Shown here piece after piece: positions 12,348 through 24,501 of a stretch of DNA of 64,000 nucleotides. The DNA lies in NCBI RefSeq assembly GCF_006345805.1, contig NC_042998.1, positions 166,160,001 through 166,224,000 of the forward strand, read 5' to 3'. This stretch comes from Octopus sinensis (taxonomy: Eukaryota). Position 1 is the stretch's first letter. Every line of letters begins with the position of its first letter. The position numbers were made by a program, and so were the translations under genes. The notes under the pieces were generated by a model. The model saw only the letters and a list, made by a program, of their open reading frames with translations, was not told where the DNA came from and ran no database searches.

Positions 12348-14003
12348 TCAAATAAGGCAATAATGAGAGTTACCTTCTAGCGACTCCATAAACTGTTCTA
12401 TTTTTGTATCTAATTCAGATCGATCTATATCCGGCCGTGGTGCTACTGACTTAGCCATATTTTCTTCGACTAATCTTTCCAGGGCTTTCTCTTTGGCCGG
12501 CTCAGTAAAAGCAGCATTGTTCAATCCGATCGTAAGAAAGTTATGATCAAGGGAATTTCTCTGGGGATCAGAAGGTCGGTTTCGCAGTAGCTTTAGCAAA
12601 AGTTGTTTCTTTTTGTGAATCATTGACACCTGGTCTATTCTGAAACGTTCTTGTGGTTTTATATAATTCTTTAATTTATATCCTTTGTACATAATGTAAT
12701 TACTGTCTTCACTTATCGATGATTGAGAGCAAGAATCATCCGACATATCACTATTTGATAAGTGCTCAGGTTGAAACATTCCTTTCTGCCTGAAACGATG
12801 CTGACGATAATTTATATCTTGTAGTTTAGTATTGCAGAGCGTAGTTTTCTGTTTATCGCCGTTCATTTGCTGTGTAAATTCTAAATCACTTTCACCGGAG
12901 ACAAATGGATGTTGTATGTTTAATTCAGAGCTAATTTGTGCAATAATGGCTGCCGTTTCAGCAGAATCGCGGGATTTACTAAACACATGTCGAGCTATTG
13001 GTGCATTTCGTGTTCGTATTTGTTCAATAGGCTTCAGGGATTTACCTAAGTTTATCAAATTTTTGTATGTGTCAAATTTGTTGTTGATCTCCAAAGAGTG
13101 TGAAGTCAAAGTGTTTTTTTGCCCTATGTTAATTTTTGACTTTCTTGGTTTATCTTGGGTAGCTGAAGACATGTCAGTAGTTTTCTTCAATATATTCTTT
13201 GATTCCTTGTCATTGCTTTTCATCTTTAGCTTAACATTAATCAGTGATGTTTGTGTGTCTGAAAGTAGTGGGAGATGTTTATTTAGTAAAGAATCTTTCA
13301 CAGGTTCAATATCACGATTGCGCTTCAGTGGTTTCGGCACATGTCTGTCCATGTCAACTTGAGTAGCGCATGTAACTGTTGGACCGTCATTGGAATTGCT
13401 TGAATTTAGATTATTAGCGCATGTTTTAAAGCTTTTCATACTGGAGACAATTTTATACATCGATTTGCTTGGCACATCCTTTTGGTCTGAGCATACTGTT
13501 CGACGATTTACCCAACTGTTAAACGATTCTAGATACTTGGTTCGTTTTATTTTATCTGATTCAATGCTTTGAGAATTTAGAAAGCTTTGCTTTTGAGCAT
13601 TATTTGTATTCGGTTGATTTGTTGTCAATTTGGGCCGTTTTGCATATTCTGGTGACATCTTTGTGAGATTCTGTGATAAATTATCTTTAGATGAAGGGTT
13701 AAGTTTAGAAGGGATATTGTCGTTGAAAGGAGCTGATTTTGTATCAGAATCAATGGGGGGTAAAATACAACTTGAATGAGAATTGAGCACCAAATCTTTG
13801 TATATTTCTATACTATCACCACTAGTTCGCTTGCACTTTTGTTGGAAATCTAGTATCTGATCAATTTGCCGCTCAAGACGAAGTTTTTTTTGTTCAGTAT
13901 CTCGCTGCATCAGTCGTAAACGGACCTCAAGATTCGAATCTTCTAGTCGATTCTTTGCTTTCAAGATGGTGTCATCTCGTTTAATATTTTTCCGTATAAT
14001 CAT
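12348..14003 (-). CDS. Uncharacterised 551-aa protein; likely coiled-coil N-terminus and low-complexity K/N/S-rich middle
   Basis: Uninterrupted 1656-bp ORF in AT-rich DNA with no microsatellite and no TE motif. ATG context AAAATGA, with an in-frame stop shortly upstream. N-terminus LKAKNRLEDSNLEVRLRLMQRDTEQKKLRLERQIDQI looks helical. No family recognised. Confidence 0.7.
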   Translation of the reverse strand: MIIRKNIKRDDTILKAKNRLEDSNLEVRLRLMQRDTEQKKLRLERQIDQILDFQQKCKRTSGDSIEIYKDLVLNSHSSCILPPIDSDTKSAPFNDNIPSKLNPSSKDNLSQNLTKMSPEYAKRPKLTTNQPNTNNAQKQSFLNSQSIESDKIKRTKYLESFNSWVNRRTVCSDQKDVPSKSMYKIVSSMKSFKTCANNLNSSNSNDGPTVTCATQVDMDRHVPKPLKRNRDIEPVKDSLLNKHLPLLSDTQTSLINVKLKMKSNDKESKNILKKTTDMSSATQDKPRKSKINIGQKNTLTSHSLEINNKFDTYKNLINLGKSLKPIEQIRTRNAPIARHVFSKSRDSAETAAIIAQISSELNIQHPFVSGESDLEFTQQMNGDKQKTTLCNTKLQDINYRQHRFRQKGMFQPEHLSNSDMSDDSCSQSSISEDSNYIMYKGYKLKNYIKPQERFRIDQVSMIHKKKQLLLKLLRNRPSDPQRNSLDHNFLTIGLNNAAFTEPAKEKALERLVEENMAKSVAPRPDIDRSELDTKIEQFMESLEGNSHYCLI

Positions 14004-14189
14004 TTTGTCATTAAAACATTCTTCTTACCTTCCATTTGAAACAATGTGTAAGTATTGTCTTTGAGCATACACCAAAAATTAATATTGCTCCAGTATTTGT
14101 TTTATCGAAACATGTATTTGGAGGTAATTTTTTTTAATCCTTCCAGTTCGCGTTTATTATTTTCTTTCTCAAGAAATGAGAAATTGAAA

Positions 14190-14221
14190 TAATGAGCGGC
14201 AAAGACAAAATTTTTATTATA
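14190..14221 (-). promoter_or_regulatory. Possible TATA-like/Inr core promoter for the 551-aa ORF
   Basis: Minus-strand TATAATAA starts at 14221 and the A of TCATTA lies 28 nt downstream (14193). Such motifs are frequent by chance in AT-rich DNA. Confidence 0.2.
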
Positions 14222-14699
14222 AGGGAAATGCATGCTCAAGAGATTTTGAAAAATGTAAGGAAACAAGGGAGTCAATTAAGTGACCTAAGTAGCTAATGAA
14301 TGATGTTGCTGTTGTTGTTGTTGATAAAGATGACAGTGATGTAAATGATCAAGACGAGAATTAGTAGGATGTGGGTTAACGTTAGGAAGCGAACTGTGAT
14401 CATGTGTTAGTTGGTTTTTATAAAATTCACATTAATAAATCTTTTTTGGGGATTAACTTTAGGCAAACACGTCCACGCGTGCACAATATTGACGAAGCTA
14501 CTCAATGTATGTATGTATATATGTATGCATATGTGTGTGTGTGAATGTATGTACGTATGTATGTACTATCTTGTCAACTATAAAATGAATGTTGTAAAAT
14601 GAGATGAAAGGACAAATAATGAGCTTTGAACCATCTGTAGCTAGAACAGGGTCTATGTTGTACTTGCTGTTGTTAAACAAGACGGGTAAGGGTGATTAG

Positions 14700-14902
14700 G
14701 TGATGGTCTAGGGCTTTGGGGCGGGAGATCCCAGACCTTGGAAAGAAAAAAAGAATAAAATCTTTGGTCGTCTTGTTGTAGTCGAGGGCTCTTCGTTGAC
14801 GCCCGACACCACTGGGAGGTGGCCCTCGAAGTCGCTGGAAATGGAGATCTCCAGGTCCAAATTCTTGAACAGCTCTATGTTGTGCAGAATGTAACATGCA
14901 TC
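14700..14902 (-). mobile_element. Possible PIF/Harbinger transposase C-terminal fragment
   Basis: GC-richer patch translating DACYILHNIELFKNLDLEISISSDFEG. AC..LHN is the typical C-terminal motif of Harbinger/HARBI1 nucleases, but this is a single short motif. Confidence 0.35.
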
Positions 14903-15518
14903 TTATCCATTGAAATTATTGTTACTGTTTAGTCTTAGCCCAATGCCGATTCAGGATACTTACGATAAAATATATCCCAATTGTGGCCGTCTGTTCTTTT
15001 TGAAATAATATATCATGGACTAAGTAATCCAATGTCTCTTCTTTTTAAGGTGGTATGATGTGATTTGAGAGAGGAAGATTATAAGGAAGTCGAGCGACAT
15101 GTAGAAACTCATTTGTTGGTTTATATATAGCAAGGTATTCCATCTACGAAGGTTGTTATGTTCAAAATTATGTTTATGAAAATCTGAATATAGAAATCGG
15201 ATTTGTCTTCATCCACCTCCTTTATTTTTCAATTCCGTGTTTACCTTGTAAAAACAGTGCTGTTTGCGTAAGACGTCACTCCAGGAATTAGACGGTAATT
15301 ATAGGATCGATATTATCAATAATGAAACCATATTTTTATAATCTCTTCTTTTTACTATTTCCTTCAATCTTTCATTCTGTCTGGAAAAGAAACCAGACAG
15401 ACCACCCGGAAAGTGTGATTAGACTTTCAAAGCTAATCCGATTAAACTGTGACATATATTGTAATTCCTCTTTTCAATTGCTACAGTCTTTTCAAATGAT
15501 GGTAAAATCAATAAGATG

Positions 15519-15550
<32 letters not shown>

Positions 15551-15589
15551 TGTATGTATGTAGTATGTATGTATGTATGTATATGTATG

Positions 15590-15680
<91 letters not shown>

Positions 15681-15682
15681 TA

Positions 15683-15730
<48 letters not shown>

Positions 15731-16741
15731 GTATGTATGTATGTCTCGTCTCTTTAGATTTCTAAACTTTGCTTTTTCTCCAAATATTCCTGATTACTCT
15801 GATTTTGCTTTCACTTCTTCATAAAATTTTGTACGCATAAAAATATTTTTATAATACATCATGTTATATATTGTAGTATAAACACATAATATAAACGTCT
15901 GTTTCATCAAGTATTTCTATAGTTTTTTTCTTAACAAAAAAACATTCTTATTTTCCCCATTTCAATTTATTAATCTCCAGGCAAAACTAACTGAAATTTG
16001 ATAACACAGACATATTCTCTTGTCAGTCATTACAAGTTTTTAAAGTACCATTTTTAAAAGTGTGTCTTCTTAAGTTACATTTTGTTCATAATATTTTGTA
16101 ATTTCTCATGCCGACGAGTAGAATTAATTTTGTTACATTTAGACATTTCTGTATTTATTCTGTAATACAACCCATTGTATAAGGTATTACATCGGTGATG
16201 ATAAATTTGTTTAACAAGTAAATTTATGAATAGTTCTTGGATTCGAAACCAAACTCCTATAAATGAATAAAAAAAAGAAAAAAAGAAAAGAAATTAAATA
16301 CATAATTACAAAACTTATTGAATTATTTTATCAAAACAAGTAACATTTAATATATACTTTCTACTATAAACACAAGGTCTGAAATTTTGAGGCAGGGGGG
16401 CTAGTCAATTATATCTACTCCAGTGCTCAAGTGATACATATTTTATCGATCCCGAATGAAGGAAAGTCAGAGCCAGTCCACCCAGAACATAAAACTTGAA
16501 GAAACGTCACTAAGCATTTTGTCCCGCATGCTAACGATTCTGTTAGCTTGCCGATTACTAATAATTCTTTCTACTAAAGGCACAATGTCTGACATTTTGG
16601 AGGAGTTGGGGAGTTGGGGGTGGAGGCTAGTCGATTACATCGACACCAGTGTTCAACTGTTTCTTATTTTATCGACTCCGAAAGGATAAAAGGCAATGTC
16701 AATCTCGGCGGTCGCCGGCTTCTAATCATTTTAATAATTAA

Positions 16742-16910
16742 GGCGCAGGAGTGGGTGTGTGGTAAGTAGCTTGCTTACCAACCACATAGTTCCGAGTTCA
16801 TTCCCACTGCGTGGCACCTTGGGCAAGTGTCTTCTACTATAGCCTCGGGCCGACCAAAGCCTTGTAAGTGGATTTGGTAGACGGAAACTGAAAGAAGCCC
16901 GTCGTATATA
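16742..16910 (+). mobile_element. SINE family 1 head module, little diverged
   Basis: GGCGCAGGAGTGGGTGTGTGGTAAG (box A-like), GAGTTCATTCCC (box B-like), CCTTGGGCAAGTGTCTTCTACTATAGCC, AAAGAAGCCCGTCGTATA. Confidence 0.88.
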
Positions 16911-17192
16911 TGTATATATGTGTATGTATGTGTATGTAGGACGTCTCGGATAAAAATTTAAAATGCCCCCCACCATGGATTGTAGCCACACTTCTATACA
17001 AGAGGGAGGACAAGGTACAATTGATCGAAATTGCAAGAGACGGGCCTACAATTCCAGTCTGTTATATGTTTTGAGTATCGTTATCACTAGCGATATCAAG
17101 ATATAACTTTGTATTTTGTATTTTATGTGTAGATGTATATATATAGATGTACATGCAATATGTACATATATATATACACATATATACATGCA

Positions 17193-17231
17193 CTAGCACT
17201 ATGACCCGGCAACGACGGGTCATAATGCTAG
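17193..17231. mobile_element. Palindromic double Helitron-3'-end relic
   Basis: a-CTAGCA-C-TATGACCCG-GCAACGA-CGGGTCATA-A-TGCTAG-t. Both strands read hairpin+CTAG+T and resemble the 3' end of the Helitron at 41862-41889. Confidence 0.6.
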
Positions 17232-17751
17232 TCGTTGATAAGAGAATGAGAGAGGGAGAGAGAAAGAATGTGCATACATAAACACATACATACATACATA
17301 CATACATACATACATACATACATACCAGTGAGTGGACAAACGAAAGTGGCACTCAACACATTTGATAGGAGTTACATACATTTTTTAATAACAGTTTGAC
17401 TCAGCTCCATATGGCTTAACATTTCTGCGATCGCATAGGACGGGAGAAGATTAAAGGATCTGAGACAAATTCGAAATGGATTCTAAGTGTTGGACCTTGA
17501 TAATCTCAGTTCGTGTAGTGTTAATGCCGTGGAGGTGACACTAGTTATTTTCTTTATTTCTAGGCCCAGGTAAATCGGACAAGATGTTTGCAAGGAGTTG
17601 TGACTTGACCTGACCAACAGAGGCCTAACACTTAGAGTCCACCTCGAATTTATCTCAAAATCGATACTCTTCTGTTGATATTTGATGAGATTGCTGGTGT
17701 ACGTGCCCACGAAACTAAGTCGTATGGAACAGAATCAAACAGTTATTAAAA

Positions 17752-17839
<88 letters not shown>

Positions 17840-18285
17840 CTTGTTTATTTTTATTTCTCGTATTGTATTTTCTTGTACATGTATTTTTATCTTGTATTTT
17901 ATTTTGTAGTTTTATTTGTATCGTTTTTACGTCCTGTTTGTGTTATATTTTTTTCTTGCTTGTTTTTACTCCTCTGCGAGGTAATTTTATTTTAATTCTC
18001 TCGTAGGAAGGATTATTTTGGCGAGTTGTGTTCTGTCTTGCTTTCGAAACACGCTAGAGTCGAACTAGTGACAGCTGATGAAGGGGATTTTTCCTTGTGT
18101 AGTATGTCCTGTACTCATGTATATATATTTATATATGCATGTATATATACATGTCGATGTAGGAACGTACATATATGTTTGTATGTATGCATATATTTTA
18201 TTTATTACACTATGTTTGACAGCGCCCTCGCGTCGGTTCGATTCGATTCGTTCGCTTCGTTCCGTTCTTATTCTCCCAGTACTGT

Positions 18286-18359
<74 letters not shown>

Positions 18360-18849
18360 CATGCATACATATAATTATAGTACAAAAATGGATTTAGCGA
18401 ATCAAACCTAACTCACAGTAATAACCCTCACAAGAAATCGGCAATCAGTTTATATAGCAATTGAATTACGATGTAGTTTAGCTTGACCATGCAACCGAAT
18501 ATCCAGGTCATACAAATGTAAATATTTCCATGAGGGACAAATAATAATCATAAAATCAGTAGATACTAGAAGTGAATACAGATTTATTATTTCCATTTGA
18601 TCACAACCGTTTCCTAATCTTTTCAATATAGTATCATTAATTTTAGCATTCCAAATTAATGCGTACTTTTTATAATAGGTGCGTATGGTACTATATAATA
18701 CAATTGTATATTACATAGAGATGTATAATAGAGAAATCTAACTCATCACATCATATATATCGGAACATCATAGATATATTCAGGACTCAATTTCTAGATG
18801 GGTTGAATCATGGATTTTTTGTACCTGTGATACCCAAGGTAGCCTCTGC

Positions 18850-19110
18850 GTGGTCGCCAAATCTGCTACATTTCGCAACAATTATGTGCCTTGGATCAAT
18901 TCCGATATTTTCTTCAAGATTTCATGAAGCTGTAGTAAAATGTTATACTTCTCTGATAAACATAGATCACATTTTCTGGAACAATTAATGTAGGATGCGT
19001 ATTCTATTATGGACCAACAAATGTTATTATTGTTAATATTATGGCTGTTTAAACTCCGAGAGCTTAAATATCTGTCAGAATTCTTTTTCAAAAAGATTTT
19101 CAATCAGGAT
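18850..19110 (-). mobile_element. Penelope-like element GIY-YIG C-terminal fragment
   Basis: WSIIEYASYINCSRKCDLCLSEKYNI...LKKISELI matches the PLE WSI...C.LCL.EK..I...LNK.SEL motif. Confidence 0.8.
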
Positions 19111-19556
19111 GGCAACGACTGAAATTTCTTTGCTAGTTCTACTCGATAATAATTGACCATAGGCTAAACAACAATAATAACATATCATCTCTAGCAAATG
19201 AGTGAGTACAAGCCAATTAAGGAACCTCTATGTAATCACTTGGCCTATTAGAAATAGTAACAAAGTCTACTTCATCAAACCGCAATGTCTTAAAAAAAGG
19301 AAGGACACATTGAATCTAGTTTAGATGCGTTATTCTTGAAAAGTTGTTTCTGGCGTGACTACCCTGCAGTTACGGCAGTAAGACGTTAGCTAGGTTAACT
19401 TGGGATGAGATAACCACAATGACAACAACAATAAAAGTAAAAAACAGTGCAGCATGTGTACATGATCTTTATCTATATGTCTATGTCAACGTATGATAGC
19501 GTCTCATAAAGCGAGATTTCTATATATCTTAAATTTGCAGAAGAATGTGTGGTGTG

Positions 19557-19631
19557 GGCGGTTTAGCTTAAAGATTTAGAGGACCGCGACGCGAAATCAC
19601 GGAAGTGTGAGTTCGAGTCTCATAGCCGGCC
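19557..19631 (+). pseudogene. tRNA-like sequence (tRNA pseudogene or solo tRNA-derived head)
   Basis: Acceptor GGCGGTT/AGCCGGC (6/7 pairs); TAGCT at positions 8-12; T-arm GTGAG-TTCGAGT-CTCAT; T5 at 19641-19645. The anticodon arm is non-canonical, so no isotype is assigned. Confidence 0.5.
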
Positions 19632-20089
19632 GCCAACACATTTTTCTGCAAAAATAGGGGTAGCATATACTGTTCAGGCTATATTATTAGCATTATCCTA
19701 CGTTTGAAAATTTAAAATCACTTCTTTAACTTTCTAAGACATCTCAACGCTTCTAAAGCAAACTTCGTTTGTTTGTTTACGTTCACCGTAATTTGAATTT
19801 TATGTATATATGTTACACACACACACACACACACACACATACACACATATATGTATATGTCTGTCTGTGCACATCTGTATCATATTTGTGTCTATATCTC
19901 TACGTTTATTTGTATGTACGTATACCAACCGAAATATTGATGTGTATTCGACAATGTAGGTGGTGTGTTGATACACAGCTATCTACACACATCAATGTAT
20001 TTATGCGTTTTTTTTATCTCTTCATCATGTAGTGTAATAGCAATGACCATTTGTATTTATCAGATGTTATGAGATTGGTACCACAGAGG

Positions 20090-20480
20090 GAGGGAGAAAG
20101 TCATCCTCAAAACGGAGACTTGGCTTGAGTGCTTGCAACAGAGCATCTATTCTACCAGGTCGGTCAACCTGCTTGGACCAATGTAACAATTAATATTTCA
20201 CACCAGATGTCCCAATTTTCCATAGCAGTTTTCATATCTACAACTTGATATCCAGTGTTTTTACAAATTGATCGGCAGGATAAACCAGTTCAGTTAGCGA
20301 ACTATTGTTACCCTCTGTAATTGTGGCGTGCGCAGATGTTCAGCTATCGAAAGACCAATATGACTAAAACCCCAAACCAAACATTTATGCTTCATCGCTC
20401 ATTACGTGAACAGTCAAGGCGCACCTTCTTGGGTTTTGACTCTGACCCCAGATTTCGAGAAGTATGATACGGGATCAAAC
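20090..20480 (-). mobile_element. Probable RTE-clade LINE 3' end
   Basis: Minus strand reads ...KNTGYQVVDMKTAMENWDIWCEI, similar to the TG....L..AM.DR..WR end of RTE ORFs, followed by a short UTR. Confidence 0.5.
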
Positions 20481-22029
20481 AACAATCTCTCATATATAAC
20501 CACATTTAATATTTGAACTCTGAAAGCATAGAGCCAAATGCCAGACTTGGTGCAAGAGAGTAAACCCCACTAAAAGCCTGCAAGGAGATGTTGGCGGCAT
20601 TAAAGTGAGTAACGGATTAAGTATACCACCCAGAAACCCAGGATGCAAAGAACTGGAACAAATACCACAAGGTACTTCGTCTGCCATTGAAATAATCCCG
20701 TCAGTCCATTGACGTGAACTAACACTTTATTATATCGGTCTCGAAAAAAATGAAAGGCGAAACTGAGCACCGCAGGATTTGAATTCTGTGCTCTAAGAGC
20801 CGGAACAACGTTGTTGTTTAGCCTCCATGTTTGCTCTCAATGAGCTAATCTAGGATAAAACGACGCTCTAGCCCCGTTCGCATTGTCTTAGTTTCTTTAC
20901 GATGGTACATTGGAATTTGACTGAATGAGACTGCCAATCTACTTCTAGTTGATTGGGAGGACACTTACAAGTTATCTCCTCTTTGGTTCATTGCATTGAA
21001 TGTAATTAAAGTGGTTAATGGGCAGAAATATTAGAGCATTGGACAAAATGCACTACGTATTTTTTCTAGTTCTCTGTGTTGTGGTTCAAATTGTACCGAT
21101 GTCGACTTTACCATTCGTCCTTTCGGGGTTGATATATAAAGTTCCAAGCTGGAGCGGTGGAAGGGAGGGAATAGTTAGAGAGCTGGGAGAGATGCTTGGT
21201 GTTATTTATTCCGGTTTCTTACAATTTGAATTTAAATCCCACTACGGCCTATTAGCCTCTTTTGAAAGGTTTGGAATCCTACCGTATACTCGTAGTTAAC
21301 GATGAATAATATTGGAGCGATCCTCATGATATTCGACTTACCGAGAAGACACTACCAGACGATGAGGATTGCTTATGTGTGTGTATGTGTGTGTGAGTGT
21401 GTGTGTTTTGTACGCATGTGGAATTTGTATAACCGGAAATAAAATAAAAAAATAAACACAAATAAAAGCATAAAATAATAAAATTAAACAATTTTTAAAA
21501 TCAATATCAACATACCAGAATAAAGCCAGTCTATTTTGCTCCCCATGTGATACGATAGTTGTCTGCTATATCCAGTTGCATAAAAGTTATAGTTAAAAAT
21601 ACACTAGAAGAAATATATGATTTCTTCAACACCCATTTTTTACGATTTCGATTAATTCACGTTATGAAACTAGCAGAATGCAGATATAGTATTATTATTA
21701 TTATCACTATGTTTTTCTTCGTTAGTTTCATGCGTATTTCATGCGTATCACCTTCTGGGGAGCACCTCCGTGTTCATGAGGTGTGTATCCAGAATTATGT
21801 TGTTTTTGTTTGGTTTGGGGATAGTTTAGGTTCCTCATATTGATGTACTGCACCAGTTTGTTTTATAGGGCTTAGTTACTTGTTTCTTGTATTTTGTTAT
21901 ATTAATATATGTTCTGTTGTGCGAGGTGTGTGTAATGTGAGTTCTATCGAAATAGCTGTCGTTTATTTCCGCACTATATGTCTGATTGAGCGTTTCGGCC
22001 GTAACTATCTTGTTCTTTATTTACTCTTT

Positions 22030-22370
22030 TTACACATGGTGTACTCTGGACTACATTATTTCAGCGCGTCCCTCCATATTTTTCATGACAGGAAGAAAAT
22101 ATACGTGCTAGCTGTAACGATCCCGTCTGCTTTTTGACTTTTGTTTTTAGACATAGCGTACCCGGGACTGCGTTACTTCAACGTGACCTTCCATATTTTT
22201 CCTGGCGGTAGAATGTGATATGAAGAAAATTTAGTTGCAAGCTGTTACTATCCCATTCTTTTTTTTACCTTGATTAGACGTAGTGTGCCCTGCACTACGT
22301 TATTTCAACGTGTCCTGCCATATTTTTTCATGACTGTATGATGTGGTATGAAGAAAATTAGGTTGCTCTT
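22030..22370. repeat. Diverged tandem repeat, three units of about 120 bp
   Basis: Recurring blocks AC(A/G)T(A/G)G(T/C)GT..C..G.ACT.C.TTA.TTCA.CG.G.CC..CCATATTTTT and GAAGAAAAT at ~22035, ~22150 and ~22277. Confidence 0.75.
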
Positions 22371-23014
22371 AGCTCGGTATAAAATCGAATTAGTGTACTA
22401 TCGATCAAATACGGTTCCAGTCATGACCTTCACGTATTTACTTTTGACAAAATTGTATCCATTAATATTTGAATCCAACGTCTCACTCTATATTTTTGTT
22501 TTTGTTCAAGACATGGAGAAATTTCACCGCTGTTTTCCTTGTAGGTTTATGCGATCACGTTAAAGGGCCTCACCTCATTGGTTGGCGTCAAAGACAGCTT
22601 ATCGTTCACTTGTATGTAGCCATTGTCTGTAAATGATACTGAAACACAGGCTTAGAGACTGCTCAATTAAAAGAGGCCGATGTATTCATTTAACTTCTAA
22701 AGTTGTAGATCAGTCACATCATACAAAGACGTAGACACAAGATTGATTAATACAAACTAATCCGATTAACCAACTTTCGATTTATTATTGTTTCTTTTCT
22801 GCTTGTTTCTTTTTCTTTAAGCCAACATCTTAGTTTTTTTTTTGCTGTTGCTGTTGTTGATAATGATGATGTCGTCTTCATCAAAAAAAAAATTGTTATT
22901 GTTTTTCTCCACCTCGTTGTCGTCGTTGTCATCATATTTATCATCGTCGTCGTCATCATCATCATCGTCGTCATCATCATCATCATTATCATCACGATAA
23001 GCATCGATCATTGT

Positions 23015-23053
<39 letters not shown>

Positions 23054-23190
23054 CCTTCCCTCCCGTTCTCCTTTCTTCCTTTTCTTCTCTTTCTTCGTTT
23101 CTTTCTTCGTTCGTTCCTCCTTTCATTCCTTGCCTTTCACCATCATCATCCTCTTCTTCCTCCTCCTCCCCCTTCCACCACCACCACCAA

Positions 23191-23264
<74 letters not shown>

Positions 23265-23439
23265 AAGAACAATAACAACAACGAACCATTTTTCTCCAAT
23301 CCAGCAAAGCCTTCTCAAAATTGCATTTCATTAGAATCACCTTACAATTCAATGTCTTCCCCGCAGACATCTTCGAATTGGCAAATTCAAAAACAAAAGT
23401 AAAGCAAAGTTTCCTTCTTGAGTCGTGTCAACTCATAAT

Positions 23440-23655
23440 GACTGGTTTCCCGGTTCCCATGGCGTATATATTCCCTACCTGGACGGGACGTCGGTTCGTC
23501 GCAGGATTACTCATTTTTTTCTAGCTGAATAGACTAGAGCAACGTGAAAATGAAGTGTTTTGCTCAAGAACACAACGCGTCGCCCGGTTCAGGAATCGAA
23601 ACCACAATCTGAAGATCATGAGTCCAACACCCGAACCACTAAGCCACGCGCCTCT
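23440..23655 (-). mobile_element. SINE family 3
   Basis: GAGCAACGTGAAAATGAAGTGTTTTGCTCAAGAACACAACGCG...GGAATCGAAACC...CCACTAAGCCACGCGCC. Other copies at 31830-32045, 38350-38545, 59830-60075 and 60090-60325. Confidence 0.85.
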
Positions 23656-24501
23656 ATACAAATTGGCAAATTGGCGAGAGCAGGCATGGGCATCTTTTTT
23701 TTTCTATTTGAGAAGCGAGCAGCATGAAACATGGCTCATCATCTTGTGGATCGAGTTACCAAAAAAAAAAAAACGTTATTTTCCCCGTGAAATTAGGCGT
23801 GCTGTTCAGAAAATTCCGCAGGCCGCAGTTTTCCCATGACTGGGCAAGAAATTGGGACCAAATTCCTTACAATATATATTCCGAGTCTCTACGTTCTAAG
23901 TTAAAATCATACTGAGGTTAGCATTGCCTTTCGTCGTTCGGAGGTCGGTAGTGGATTGACAGAATTGTTAGACAAGATTACTTCGTTGTATTTCTGCCGG
24001 CTCTTTGCATCCTATGTCGCCTGGATGGTTCACTTAATCAGTTAGCCACATCTAGTTCTTGGATACATTCAGCAGATTCCCTCTGTTGCTTGAAGGCATT
24101 TCAGACAATAACACGCTTGGTGGGTTAAGAATACCTTACTAATTTCCTTCTGCATGCTTAGGAACCCTTGAAAAGGGGCATCGTGCATGTAGCCATCCTC
24201 TCTATGAATATTCGCAAAAAATTGCAAACCGAATTTAAGAACTATCGATCTCAATAATCTGAGAGGGTCCAGAAATAATCGTTGTTTTCACTTCTCCTCT
24301 AATCCTCAGATACATCTAACAGATTCCATCTGTTGCTTGAAGGTATTTCAGGCGAGATCTCACGCTTATTGGGTTGAAGATAACTTACTAATTTCCTTCG
24401 TTGATGTTGCCACTTTTCCTTCCAATAACTAATAATTTCTAACGGAAGAACAAGACCAGACATTTGTGTGGAAGGATTAATCGGTTACATCGATGCTAGT
24501 A

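Noticed and set aside
12832-13572. Plus-strand ORFs of 176 and 60 aa
   Set aside because: Antisense shadows of the 551-aa ORF.
16742-16810. SINE heads as tRNA genes
   Set aside because: Only box A/B-like motifs, no cloverleaf, and they continue into SINE bodies.
17545-17580. TTTTCTTTATTTCTAG|GCCCAG|GTAAAT as a 6-nt microexon
   Set aside because: No host gene identified and splice-like motifs arise by chance; needs RNA-seq.
17990-18110. CTGATGAAG followed by a hairpin, with CGAAAC upstream; a similar arrangement at 26170-26235
   Set aside because: No GAAA follows stem II and no valid stem I/III could be built for any hammerhead topology. Possibly decayed Penelope repeats, but unsupported.
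18595-18650. Minus-strand GAAACGGTTGTG downstream of the Penelope fragment
   Set aside because: The CUGANGA core is not recognisable; too degenerate to call a ribozyme.
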